DNA from: a virus
Length of the DNA: 64,000 nucleotides
Virus record (IMG/VR): IMGVR_UViG_3300034072_002191
Location: 1-64,000 of that record
Strand: one strand, 5' to 3'
In this document: positions 27,001 to 35,225 of the stretch, piece by piece
Position numbering within the stretch: position 1 is the stretch's first letter
Layout: each line of letters opens with the position of its first letter
The notes under the pieces: model-generated
The model's database searches: none
Seen by the model: only the letters and a program-made list of their open reading frames with translations
What the model was told of the DNA's origin: nothing
Program-made: the position numbers and the translations under genes

Positions 27001-27902
27001 ATCGTCTCCCGCAGCTCGGCATTGTGGCTTTTGAACTTGCCGGTGTTGAGATCGATGACCTTGCCGAGCAGGGACTGGGCGTTGCCGAAGGCATCCGCCG
27101 CCTTCGCAGCCTTCTCCAGGTTGTCCTGTAGCTCAGCAGCCTCGTTCTTCGTGTCGAGCAGCTTGGTGACGAACGGCCCGAGGATCATCGTAGCGCTGAG
27201 GATTACGGCACCCCAGGGCGAGCCGAGGAACTGCGCCGTCTTACCGATAGCGCCACCGACACCCATCTGTTCGACGGCGAGCGCAGTCTGCCCTGCCTGC
27301 ACGGAAAAGGCGCGCAGCACGCTTTCGGCCGTGAAACCGGACATCGAGATCATCAAGCCCATGTCCTGGAACTGCTGGCCCAGCATGCGCGCGCCCAGCG
27401 CCTGTTCGCCCATGCTGCGGACATTGGTGCCGCCGGCGCGCTCGACCCGCTGCTGCGCCTCGACGACGCCAAGCTTGGCGGCTGCCAGACTCCCTTCGGC
27501 CGATGCGAGCGCGCGCGCGGCCGCCTGCTGTTCGCTGGCGCTGGCGGTCGTGGCCTGGGCGGCGCGTTCCTGCGCCTGCGCCCAGGCGATCGCCGCGGCT
27601 TCCAGCTTCTTCTCTGCGATCGTGAGCTGTTGCGACTCGCGGCTCAGGCCCGAGACCGTCCCGGTGAGCTGCTGGACGGTGAGGCCTGCGCGCTCCAGCT
27701 CCGCAGCCACGGTATCGGCTGCGGAGCTGGTCTTGCGCAGTTCGTTGCCGAGAGCCTCGGTCGCGGTTTCGGCGACAGCCTCAGCCGCGCCGAGATCCTT
27801 CGCCGCGCCCGAGGTCTTGTTGAGGTCGCTTGTAAGGTCGCTCAGCGCCTTCTGAGCGCCCTCGGTGTCACCGGTGATGATCAGGCCGGTCCGCAATGTC
27901 AT
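24090..27902 (-). CDS. Tape measure protein
   Basis: 1270 aa, Ala-rich helical; follows the chaperone pair. Confidence 0.9.
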   Translation of the reverse strand: MTLRTGLIITGDTEGAQKALSDLTSDLNKTSGAAKDLGAAEAVAETATEALGNELRKTSSAADTVAAELERAGLTVQQLTGTVSGLSRESQQLTIAEKKLEAAAIAWAQAQERAAQATTASASEQQAAARALASAEGSLAAAKLGVVEAQQRVERAGGTNVRSMGEQALGARMLGQQFQDMGLMISMSGFTAESVLRAFSVQAGQTALAVEQMGVGGAIGKTAQFLGSPWGAVILSATMILGPFVTKLLDTKNEAAELQDNLEKAAKAADAFGNAQSLLGKVIDLNTGKFKSHNAELRETIRLQAEAMLLKGQQDEKAARDRIGGLGKPGLLTTIGGYLADNPGASYGGGSGSTRQQAAISQETAPLRALRDEVLTGKMDATAIRQRVDSMAQAGKLAGYTTEQIIALKQELFTLPQALNDQAAARMARDAVDGKGVADPLKPYKTTKPKKPKSTASLDEFGRDTADRIASITEAFSQTPPAVQQADKAVRQLDDLIDDLSRKKPPNFEALIVSAKDAKQTVETGLLRSIEEAFAAPETLADKAAKAIGALDGILGKKKGMLSAGLIDQADFDAFGKRLDEAKGKIEAGLVRPYNDFIIGQQQSLAILQLQARGQTDQAEALRTVYSLEKNLRPLREDQKEAILASVQALRAEQREVDVLRQKTQIYVDAVSSVEGAVREATQAWVRGDLGQFIKTPGKLLDAFATLKGQKLFEDLFGDMFRDLKDQANGTSVIKDASARMAASVDQVTASTGRTTQALDSLARSASSAAGAVSSSAGGAGTVQIGTKIGDAIAANLNPEIVVTGKRKEAMTPDSLIAKATGGIATSIASIFTNKETAKNIGGSIGKFAGENIGKGLSGAATGSMVAGLGNALGIKMSGTGAQIGGAIGSFIPIPGGDIIGSVLGGLVGNLFKSTPRGSAQITSVDQKANVSGNSAEVKTDLGNLAGSVQGALSKIASTLGADVGSFAVSINKYKDSYRVDPSGGTSVGGKYGDRDGVLKFDNNDADGAVRAAIANAISDGAIKGLSGAVQKALGSSSDIDKAMQEALKVSNVEDLLGGVSGQLTKSFKAFEKEAADRLRIAREYGFDIVQVEAANAKERVALTDKLMDQQVGSLKRLVDELTSGSMFEGSAVDRRTALLDSITKAQADVQAGVDGAGDKLASLYEQLNSVSKEVYGTTGGFAVDRAAIVDQARAAIAKVNADVSAAQQRASDPALTATNAALDENNDQNAKVIAQNEQILATLKKAVDLLGKSVSDSDVARLLQLARTS

Positions 27903-27909
27903 GGCCTGG

Positions 27910-28281
27910 TTACCCCTTCACGCCGTTCAGCGCGTCACGAGCAGCGCGCTCCATGATCTGAATGCCCGCCCAAAGGCGGGGTGTGACCGTGATCCCCGAT
28001 CCATCGAGACCTGCGCGCGCGGCCGAATAGTCGAGCCCCATCCAGTAGATCGTGCCGTCAAGGCCGCGTGCGATCGCGCGCCATTGGGTGGAGACGGAGA
28101 AGAACGCCAAGGCGATGTCCCAATTCCGCCGCCACACCTCGAACTTGCCTCCCGCCTGCGCGGCGCCCTCGATGCGCAACGCCAGTTCTTCGAGGCCGTC
28201 TCGCCGCGCGTCGGCGGCAGCCTCGCTATAGTCCGCCGCGCCACCCGTCGCCCAGGTCCGCGCGGCTTCCTTCAGTTTCCC
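27910..28281 (-). CDS. DUF1799-like tail chaperone extension (-1 frameshift product)
   Basis: Open from the slippery site; TQWR...GLDYSA...IQIMERAA. Confidence 0.8.
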   Translation of the reverse strand, partial: GKLKEAARTWATGGAADYSEAAADARRDGLEELALRIEGAAQAGGKFEVWRRNWDIALAFFSVSTQWRAIARGLDGTIYWMGLDYSAARAGLDGSGITVTPRLWAGIQIMERAARDALNGVKG

Positions 28282-28601
28282 TCCGCCGCCATGTTGACGG
28301 CGTCGAAATAACCGCGCGTAATTGCTCGCCGCGCCCAGGGCAGGCGGATTACCTGGTCCCGGACCTTGTCCGAATAGAGCACCGGCTGCTGCTTATCGTC
28401 GACCAGGTCGTCGAGGCTGGCGACGATGCGGCGCAGGAAGTCTGTCGAGCCTGTCACCGTATCGAGATCGAAGGTCTCGAACTCCTCGCCATCGACGATG
28501 CGATAGGTGACCTTGAAGGACTGCTTCTCGTGCCCGCCGTCGATCGGCGTCATCGCGGTGACGGTGTGGGTGAAGGTGGGTTCGTTGGTGACGACGAACA
28601 T
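28272..28601 (-). CDS. Tail assembly chaperone
   Basis: Ends ...AEGN* over G GGA AAC. Confidence 0.8.
   Translation of the reverse strand: MFVVTNEPTFTHTVTAMTPIDGGHEKQSFKVTYRIVDGEEFETFDLDTVTGSTDFLRRIVASLDDLVDDKQQPVLYSDKVRDQVIRLPWARRAITRGYFDAVNMAAEGN
28275..28281 (-). promoter_or_regulatory. Programmed -1 frameshift heptamer GGGAAAC
   Basis: X XXY YYZ just before the stop; -1 frame continues KLKEAARTW into the 27910 ORF. Confidence 0.85.
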
Positions 28602-28627
28602 GCTGCTGAACCTTTCTCTGCGAAACT

Positions 28628-29563
28628 TTAGGTGAGGGAGATCGACCACTGGTCGTTGCCCGCCGCGCTGGGCAGCGGCACGAAGGTCAGCGGCCATTCG
28701 ACCACGCCCTGCTGATTATCGAGCCCGCTGGGTCGCTGCTGGACGGCACGCGGCAGCGAGATCGCCACGCGGCGGCCGGCGACGGTTCCATGCGAAAGCG
28801 CGATCGCCTGGCGGGGCTTCGGCGAGATCGACATCTGATAGGGGTTGTACGTCGCCATCGGCACGGCCTCGACCGTCACCGACGCGGTCTCGCTACGGTC
28901 GACGATGGCGATTTCCTCGCGACCGACCAGCATGCGCGGCTGCACATCATTGCCCAGGTTCAGGCCGAACTGCCGCAGCACGAACGAGACGCCTCCGATC
29001 GTGAACGTAGGCGTGTTCGTCTTGCTCGCAACCTGCGGCTCCTGGAAGCTGCTCAGGTCAATGGCTGGGGCGGCCTGATCGCTCGGGATGGTGAAAAGAC
29101 CCGTCAGGGTCACCCGCACGCCGGGGACGCCCTGCGCCGTCACGGTCAGTTCGCCGGTGCCCCGGCAGCCCGTCATCACGTAGCGCGTGGGGCCGACGAA
29201 GAAATAGATCGAGCCGGACTCGTGGTTGGCGCTGACCGGCGAATAGGTGACGCTCGTGGTGGCCACGATCACCTCGGCGACGCCAAGCATTCGCATCAGC
29301 ATCGACCAGCCTGGCGCCGTGCCAGCCGTGCCCGAACCGACCAGCTCGAAGGTCCCGGTCAGCACGGCGCGCAGGCCGGCCGCAATCGTGTCCTGGGCGC
29401 CCATGTACGGCAGCTCGATGTTGCGGGAGACGTCGTCGCCCTCCATCGGCTGGAACGACACGTCGGTCAGCAGCACCGCGTTCGCGGCGACCGGCGCCGC
29501 ATCGGTGCCGTAGGTCGTTTCCTTTTTGACCAGGATCGTCTTCGACTTCCAGAAGATCGGCAT
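28628..29563 (-). CDS. Major tail tube protein
   Basis: ETTYGTDA N-terminus; position; no sheath gene present. Confidence 0.8.
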   Translation of the reverse strand: MPIFWKSKTILVKKETTYGTDAAPVAANAVLLTDVSFQPMEGDDVSRNIELPYMGAQDTIAAGLRAVLTGTFELVGSGTAGTAPGWSMLMRMLGVAEVIVATTSVTYSPVSANHESGSIYFFVGPTRYVMTGCRGTGELTVTAQGVPGVRVTLTGLFTIPSDQAAPAIDLSSFQEPQVASKTNTPTFTIGGVSFVLRQFGLNLGNDVQPRMLVGREEIAIVDRSETASVTVEAVPMATYNPYQMSISPKPRQAIALSHGTVAGRRVAISLPRAVQQRPSGLDNQQGVVEWPLTFVPLPSAAGNDQWSISLT

Positions 29564-29565
29564 GG

Positions 29566-29766
29566 TCAGTCCTCCACTTTGGTGAGTTCACCCGTCGCGG
29601 GATCGCGCAGGTATCGGCCGCCCTCACTCGGGGTGGTCGCGGCCGGTGCCGGTGTGTCGGGCTCGGCCTGGGGCTCCGCTGCCGCCGGCGGCGTATCGTC
29701 CACCGGCCGCTCAGCCGGGGTGGACGCCTCAGCAACGCCTTCGGCGGTGCTCACAACCTTCTTCAT
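29566..29766 (-). CDS. Small hypothetical protein
   Basis: GGRYLRDPATGEL motif. Confidence 0.55.
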   Translation of the reverse strand: MKKVVSTAEGVAEASTPAERPVDDTPPAAAEPQAEPDTPAPAATTPSEGGRYLRDPATGELTKVED

Positions 29767-30197
29767 CGTGCGATCCTCAATTGGTCATCCAGGACAAAAT
29801 CGAGCTGATAGGTCGCGGCACCGCCGGCCAGGCTCACCAGCTCGCCCCGCGCGAGCCGATAGACACCGGGCACGTCGGCCGGCCCCCAGCCTGCGACCGC
29901 GCCGATCACGCCCTCGATCAGCCGCTCCAGTTCATCCTCGACGGCTTCGCCCAGCGGGTCGGCGGCCGAGCGAACGACCAGGACGACGCCGAGGAACCGG
30001 TCGACGCTCTGGCGATACAGGCCCGTTGCCGCGTCGGCCGCGCCGCCGCGCAGCCCGAGCGTCAGCAGGAACGCCGCCGGCGTGAACTGCGGCAGCGCAT
30101 TGCGCGCCATCGCGTCGGAGAGTTGCGTGGTGGTGCCGATGCGGCCCGCCAGCGCAGGGCACGCGGCAGCAATCCGCGCTTTCACAGCCTCGCTCAA
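29763..30197 (-). CDS. Tail terminator (gp37-like)
   Basis: Position after gp36; PAAFL...GWGP. Confidence 0.7.
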   Translation of the reverse strand: MSEAVKARIAAACPALAGRIGTTTQLSDAMARNALPQFTPAAFLLTLGLRGGAADAATGLYRQSVDRFLGVVLVVRSAADPLGEAVEDELERLIEGVIGAVAGWGPADVPGVYRLARGELVSLAGGAATYQLDFVLDDQLRIAR

Positions 30198-30622
30198 ATG
30201 AACCCCCGTAGATTGTCCGGCGTCAGCTCGCGCGCGCGGTCGACGAACTGGACGCCGCTCGTGCCGGCGCTGCCGGGCTCGATGCCCACGACGCTCAACC
30301 GCAGCTTGCCGTCCGCGATGTCGCGCAGTGCCCGCTGCGCACCGTCAAAATCCTTCTCGATCTTCGGATCGGGCGCGAACGGGTGCAGCTTGTAGATCGC
30401 GATCGCCAGCGCCAGGTCGCGGACCAGGTCCGGCACATCGGAGAGCGGCAACTGGTACCGGCCGGCCAGGTACCCATCGATTACGGCGCCGGCATCGCGG
30501 ATAGCACCCGCGATGATCGTCGCATCGATCTGACCGGTCGGCGGTGTGGCGCGGTCGGTCAGCTGCAGCAGCAGCCGTGCGCCGAACCGATCCACCAGTT
30601 GCTGCTGGGTGATGTACGGCAT
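30194..30622 (-). CDS. Mu gp36-like (DUF1320) head-tail protein
   Basis: MPYITQQQLVDRFG...IDGYLAGRYQLPL. Confidence 0.9.
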   Translation of the reverse strand: MPYITQQQLVDRFGARLLLQLTDRATPPTGQIDATIIAGAIRDAGAVIDGYLAGRYQLPLSDVPDLVRDLALAIAIYKLHPFAPDPKIEKDFDGAQRALRDIADGKLRLSVVGIEPGSAGTSGVQFVDRARELTPDNLRGFI

Positions 30623-30624
30623 GG

Positions 30625-30876
30625 TCAGGCGTCGCCTTCCTCGCGATGGCAGGCGAGTTCTGGATCGGCCTCGATCGCCAGGATCTCGTCTTCGCTGAGG
30701 TCGGCGATTGCGATCCGCTCGGGAGTAGGACCGAACGGTCGACCCGCCCGGCGGCGACCCTTTGCGGGACCGACGACCACCAGGAAGCCGGTTTCGGCGC
30801 GCGCGTCGTCGCTCGCCGAAGGATCGGTCGCGGGAGTCTCACCCGCGACCTGCGTTGCCCTTCTCGATGCGGCCAT
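30625..30876 (-). CDS. HI1506-like small protein
   Basis: GRRRAGRPF...IEADPEL. Confidence 0.7.
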   Translation of the reverse strand: MAASRRATQVAGETPATDPSASDDARAETGFLVVVGPAKGRRRAGRPFGPTPERIAIADLSEDEILAIEADPELACHREEGDA

Positions 30877-30890
30877 CGTCCGATCCTCCG

Positions 30891-31787
30891 TCAGGCCAGC
30901 CACGGAGTGACGAGCAGCTCCGCCGAACCCGCCCAGGGGTTGGACTCGCCACCGTTCACCAGCGCGGACGCGAGGATCTTCTTGCCGGCGCTTTCCAGGG
31001 TCGGCGGAACGACCAGCAGGTTCGGCACGATGCCGAGCGGCTTGCCATGATCGCCCTTCATGCCCATCAGTGCGGCGCGAGCGATTTCATAGTTGGCCGG
31101 GGTCAGCGGCTGCTTCGAGCCCCAGGCGAACTGCCAGAAGCCGAACCCGACATTGGCCCGCGCATCGGCACCGTAGATGAACTCGTTATTGTCGAAGACG
31201 TTGTCGTCCTTCTCGTCATCCTTCGTGACGAATTTGAAGTCCTTGCGCTTCTGCAGGATGATCGGCTTCAGCGCGCGGCTCGCGTCGATCAGGAACCAGG
31301 GCGTGCCGGTGCCGCCGTCCGTATTGGCGATCGACAGGACCGTGCTGCCATCGGCATCGATCACGGGATGGTCGATGTCGAAATAGAACTGCCCGTCATA
31401 GCAGTTCGTCGTGAAGCCCTGCTTGAGCAGGCCGAACGCCAGCTCGTCCCAGGTGCCGCCGGCGGAGAGCCCCATTTCCTCGAACATCGGCGCGTAGACG
31501 CCGATATTGTCGGTCTCGATGTCGTCGCGATCGACGGCGATGGTGAGTTCCCAGCGCTTTTCCTTGATCGCATAGTCGCCCTGCGAAAGGTTCTGGATCG
31601 CGCGCGGACCGAGCCACTCGCGGACCTTCGGGATCTTGCCGAGCCAGCCGTACTTCTGCTCCTTGGTGGAACTCGGCACGGTGGTGGTGATCGCGCCGTA
31701 CTGGCTTTTCGCCTGCGTCAGGCCCTGCTTGTAGGCGGTCGAGAAACCGGTGCGGACGGCCGCCAGGTTCGCTGCATTGATGATCAT
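30891..31787 (-). CDS. Mu gpT-like major capsid protein
   Basis: YGWLG...REWLG; CYDGQFYFDIDHP; GFGFWQ. Confidence 0.95.
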   Translation of the reverse strand: MIINAANLAAVRTGFSTAYKQGLTQAKSQYGAITTTVPSSTKEQKYGWLGKIPKVREWLGPRAIQNLSQGDYAIKEKRWELTIAVDRDDIETDNIGVYAPMFEEMGLSAGGTWDELAFGLLKQGFTTNCYDGQFYFDIDHPVIDADGSTVLSIANTDGGTGTPWFLIDASRALKPIILQKRKDFKFVTKDDEKDDNVFDNNEFIYGADARANVGFGFWQFAWGSKQPLTPANYEIARAALMGMKGDHGKPLGIVPNLLVVPPTLESAGKKILASALVNGGESNPWAGSAELLVTPWLA

Positions 31788-31799
31788 TGAACTGTCCCC

Positions 31800-32201
31800 T
31801 TAGAACTCGACCCAGACGCCCTGGGCGTCCACGCCCCGGCAGATGCCGGCAACGCTGCGGGTGTTGGTGCCGTTGGTCTTGGCGACCGTCTGATCGTCCA
31901 CGACGAAGACCTGCTTGCCGTAGTCGGCCCAGCTGATCGCATCGGCCGAGGCGCTGTTCGCGTAGCGGAACACGCCGCGACGGACCCGGACCGTGACCGC
32001 GCCATCGGCGCCGGTGTTGATCTTCTGCTCCTCGGCGCGGCCGAGCGCGATAAGGGTCGTCGAAACCGCGCCGGGCACCGCCACGGTGCCGTTGAGGCAC
32101 ACCAGCGCGCCGGCGAAGATCGTGGTTGCGCCCTTCACCGGAACCTCCAGCAGGGTGCCCTGCTGGCGCGGCGTGTTGCGATCGGAGATCAGGGCTACCA
32201 T
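31800..32201 (-). CDS. Capsid decoration/cement protein
   Basis: DRNTP...VDDQTVA...GVWV. Confidence 0.75.
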   Translation of the reverse strand: MVALISDRNTPRQQGTLLEVPVKGATTIFAGALVCLNGTVAVPGAVSTTLIALGRAEEQKINTGADGAVTVRVRRGVFRYANSASADAISWADYGKQVFVVDDQTVAKTNGTNTRSVAGICRGVDAQGVWVEF

Positions 32202-33256
32202 CAGAGCACCTCCGTCCGGCCCGCCTGAGCAGCGAGCGTCTTTTTGTAGGCTTCGGGATCGAGGCCCATCAGCGCGATGACGGCCTGGTCGGCTTCGCCG
32301 AGGGCGCCGTCTTCACGCGGCTTCGGCGCATCGCTCAGGCGCGTGCCGTGCAGCACGGGGAGTGCGCCGATCAGCGCCTCTGTTCCGGCCGGGTCCGCCA
32401 TGTGCAGCGACACATAGCGATCCCGCATCGGCTTCACGCCGACATGACCGGCGCGGATGGCGCCGTCGACAAAGCTCTCCGCCGCCGCACGGGTTCCGGC
32501 CTCGCGCAGCTCGTTGAGCTGGCTCGCAACGGTCGCCAGTTCGCCCTGGAGAGCGAGGATCGTGGAGCTTTCGTCACGGCCGGCGCGCGCCTTGACGCCA
32601 GCGAGCACCGCCGCCGGCGTTGCCGTCTCGGCGAGGCCGACCGCCAGCGCGATCGGCGCAAGCGCCGACTGCAAGGCGGTTTCGGTATTGCCATCGCCCA
32701 TGCGGGCCTTCAGCGCTGCGGCGATGTCCGCATCGCTGGCATTGCCGTCGAGCCCCAAAAGCTCGATCAGCATTACCTTCCAGTCCATGTCCGTCTGTCC
32801 TTCCGAGTGAAGTGAAGCCATCCCGACGAGGTTCGGGGTGTTGATGAGGCTGGCGCGCAGGATGCGGTCGACCACGCCGTTGCGGGCGTGGAGGATCGCC
32901 GGCGAAACACCGCGATAGGCCTTGTCCTCGATCAGCTTGCGGCCCTCGCCGGTCCATTCGACCCGGCCCCAGATCCCGCCCTCGCGCGCCTGCAGCTCGA
33001 CGATCCAGCCCCGTGCCGGGGCAGACCCACCCTTCGGGGCCAGCAGATCGGTCGCATGGTTTTCGTCCAGGACCAGCTTCTCGCCAGCCGGGAGCGATGC
33101 CGACATCAGGGCAGCGGGATCGGTAACCCGATACGGACCGCGCCCGTCATGGGTGCGGATCTCGCCGGCCGGCAGCAACTGAATCCATTCGGGCGCCCCA
33201 TCGGCTTCGAGCGCGATGGGCGACGCGGAACAGAGGGCGAGGCGGGGCTTGTTCAT
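32201..33256 (-). CDS. Mu gpI protease with a probable internal scaffold (Z) start at 32788
   Basis: WIQLLPAG, DENH, PARGW, YRGVSP, LINTPN; internal RBS GAAGGA before MDWK. Confidence 0.9.
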   Translation of the reverse strand: MNKPRLALCSASPIALEADGAPEWIQLLPAGEIRTHDGRGPYRVTDPAALMSASLPAGEKLVLDENHATDLLAPKGGSAPARGWIVELQAREGGIWGRVEWTGEGRKLIEDKAYRGVSPAILHARNGVVDRILRASLINTPNLVGMASLHSEGQTDMDWKVMLIELLGLDGNASDADIAAALKARMGDGNTETALQSALAPIALAVGLAETATPAAVLAGVKARAGRDESSTILALQGELATVASQLNELREAGTRAAAESFVDGAIRAGHVGVKPMRDRYVSLHMADPAGTEALIGALPVLHGTRLSDAPKPREDGALGEADQAVIALMGLDPEAYKKTLAAQAGRTEVL

Positions 33257-33292
33257 GCCGACCGTGATGCCCGCTGCACACGTGCGCAAACA

Positions 33293-33310
33293 TGCCCGCG
33301 AAGGCGGGCA
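33293..33310 (-). promoter_or_regulatory. Putative Mor/C activator dyad of the head late promoter
   Basis: TGCCCGC-N4-GCGGGCA; same 18-bp layout as 41711-41728. Confidence 0.55.
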
Positions 33311-33409
33311 ATGGAGGTCGGAAGATGTCGGGGGCGCGCGGATGTTGCCATTGCCAGCGCGGGAAATCAAACGTGCCGAGATCGGAAGTCGATCCCAGAA
33401 GGACCGGCG

Positions 33410-33901
33410 TTATCCCTTTACGATCGTCTCCAGGTGTTCGTCGACGATGTCGAGGATGTTGCGCTCGTCCACGTCGGAGATCCCCAGCCAGACACGTGCA
33501 GGGATGTTGCCCCAAGGGATAGGCCGACCATGACGGTCTGCGCCGAACTGCCCCTTCGCCGCACCTTCCTGCATGACGCCGGAATATTCGAGATTGGAGC
33601 CGATCTCGACGGCGGCCCGATCGGCGGACATGACAATCTCGTTGGAGAGGCGCCGCGACGGACCGGTCAACGGCTTCGTCAGGTTCCCTTCACCCAGGCG
33701 GCGATACCGCTCGATCGTGGACGGGCGCTTCGCCGCCCAGGCGGTGCCGTCCGGTGCAATACCAGCGCGAAAGCGCCCCTTGGTCGCCTCGATCATGTAC
33801 TCGCCCACGTCCCGGTGAAGGGGGGTAAGGTCAGCAAGCCCCTCCTGAGCGGATCGCAGTGCCTCGACGATGGGGGTTCCGTTGAAGATGATCCGAAGCA
33901 C
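33410..33901 (-). CDS. Mu gpG-like virion morphogenesis protein
   Basis: RF...PDGTAW; IGSNLEYS; IPARVWLG. Confidence 0.9.
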   Translation of the reverse strand: MLRIIFNGTPIVEALRSAQEGLADLTPLHRDVGEYMIEATKGRFRAGIAPDGTAWAAKRPSTIERYRRLGEGNLTKPLTGPSRRLSNEIVMSADRAAVEIGSNLEYSGVMQEGAAKGQFGADRHGRPIPWGNIPARVWLGISDVDERNILDIVDEHLETIVKG

Positions 33902-33977
33902 TGCTATCTTTCCTTGTACTGGCCGCATCCACCCGCCGGCAGATACCCGGTGTCGTTCTGGACGTTTGGGGAGGCGG

Positions 33978-35225
33978 TCAGCCCCTCTTCCCCGTGCGGA
34001 TCGAGAAGCTCAGCAGCGTCAGCGTCCGGCGCCGGCGCCAGAACTCCCACCGGGTTACGAACTCCTCGCCATCGATCGACGTCGCCAGCTCGAACACCGG
34101 CACCTTGTGCCGATCGGATTGGCCCACATAGCGCGGCGTCGCGTCGGCCACGCGCGGCAGCATGGCGAAGTCGGCCGGCGTCACCGCGCGCTGCCCGCGC
34201 CGGGTCTCGACGGCAGCGTCGCCGTGCTGCGCGCGAATATGCTCCAGCTCCGAGGGCGACAGGGATAGATCGAAGCCGGCGGCGTCGAGCTTCTCCCGCG
34301 CGATCGCGTCGACCTGGTCGCTGGTAAGCAACCCCAGCGTCCGGCCTGGTTCGATGGGCTTGCCCGCCCAGCTCCGCTGCGCATATCGGCGCAGATCATC
34401 CGCCACGCTCGGTAGCGATCGATAGGAGTCCGCCAAGGCGTCGCGCTGCGCCTCCGGTACCGCGTCCATGAACCCCTTCGCGATGCGATAGTCCCAGCTG
34501 CCGATCTTGGAGGCCATGGCTTGCACAGTCGGCGAGGCGGTTGCGCCTGGGGCGTACCCCCAGCCCTTGGAGACGCCGACTTGCGCGCCCGTCTTTGGAT
34601 CGGTGCGGTCCCAGCCCGCCGGCAGCCTCTTGGCGGGATCGCCGCCGAGGCGGACCGCTGCGCGCTCGCTACGCGCGCCGGTGACGTAGCAGGTGCATCC
34701 CCAGCCCGAGGGCGGGTAATGCTGGATCCAGAACGCATGGGAAGGCGGCAGGACCAGGCCGTCCCACGAGAGGTGGATGATCCGCGGTTCCTTGGCGTTG
34801 CCGTGCCGGTACACCCAGAAGGCAAAGTCGCCCTCGGTCAGCTGGGCGTGCCGGCCGGCCGCATAGCTGGTTGCCGCATTGGTGCGGTAGATCGTCCGCG
34901 TACGCCAGGCGCGGCCGGCGGCTGTGTCTTCACCCGTCCAGCCATGCCAGCCGTTCCGCTCGACGATCGACCGGAAGTCGTCGCGAAATGCGCCCAGGCT
35001 CTTTCCCTCGGCGATCGCGCGGTCGACTGCCGCCGCCAGGTCGGAAAGGAGGTCGGCCTTCATGGCACCCGCGACCATGAAGGCATGGTCATGCGCCTCG
35101 TGCTTCAGGTCATCCCAGCGCCGTGTCGGGACCTGGTTGCCCAGCTTGCGCCGGAAGAACGCGATCTGTTGGCTGAAGGGCTTCCGAAAGGCACCTGAGA
35201 GGCTGCTTGGATGCCCCTCAGGCAC
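33978..35225 (-). CDS. MuF (gp30) head morphogenesis protein with a C-terminal nuclease-like (PBECR-type) extension
   Basis: AFMVAG...TIYRTN...YPPSGWGCTC; C-terminal EHIRAQHG...RGQRAVTPADF. Confidence 0.85.
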   Translation of the reverse strand: MPEGHPSSLSGAFRKPFSQQIAFFRRKLGNQVPTRRWDDLKHEAHDHAFMVAGAMKADLLSDLAAAVDRAIAEGKSLGAFRDDFRSIVERNGWHGWTGEDTAAGRAWRTRTIYRTNAATSYAAGRHAQLTEGDFAFWVYRHGNAKEPRIIHLSWDGLVLPPSHAFWIQHYPPSGWGCTCYVTGARSERAAVRLGGDPAKRLPAGWDRTDPKTGAQVGVSKGWGYAPGATASPTVQAMASKIGSWDYRIAKGFMDAVPEAQRDALADSYRSLPSVADDLRRYAQRSWAGKPIEPGRTLGLLTSDQVDAIAREKLDAAGFDLSLSPSELEHIRAQHGDAAVETRRGQRAVTPADFAMLPRVADATPRYVGQSDRHKVPVFELATSIDGEEFVTRWEFWRRRRTLTLLSFSIRTGKRG

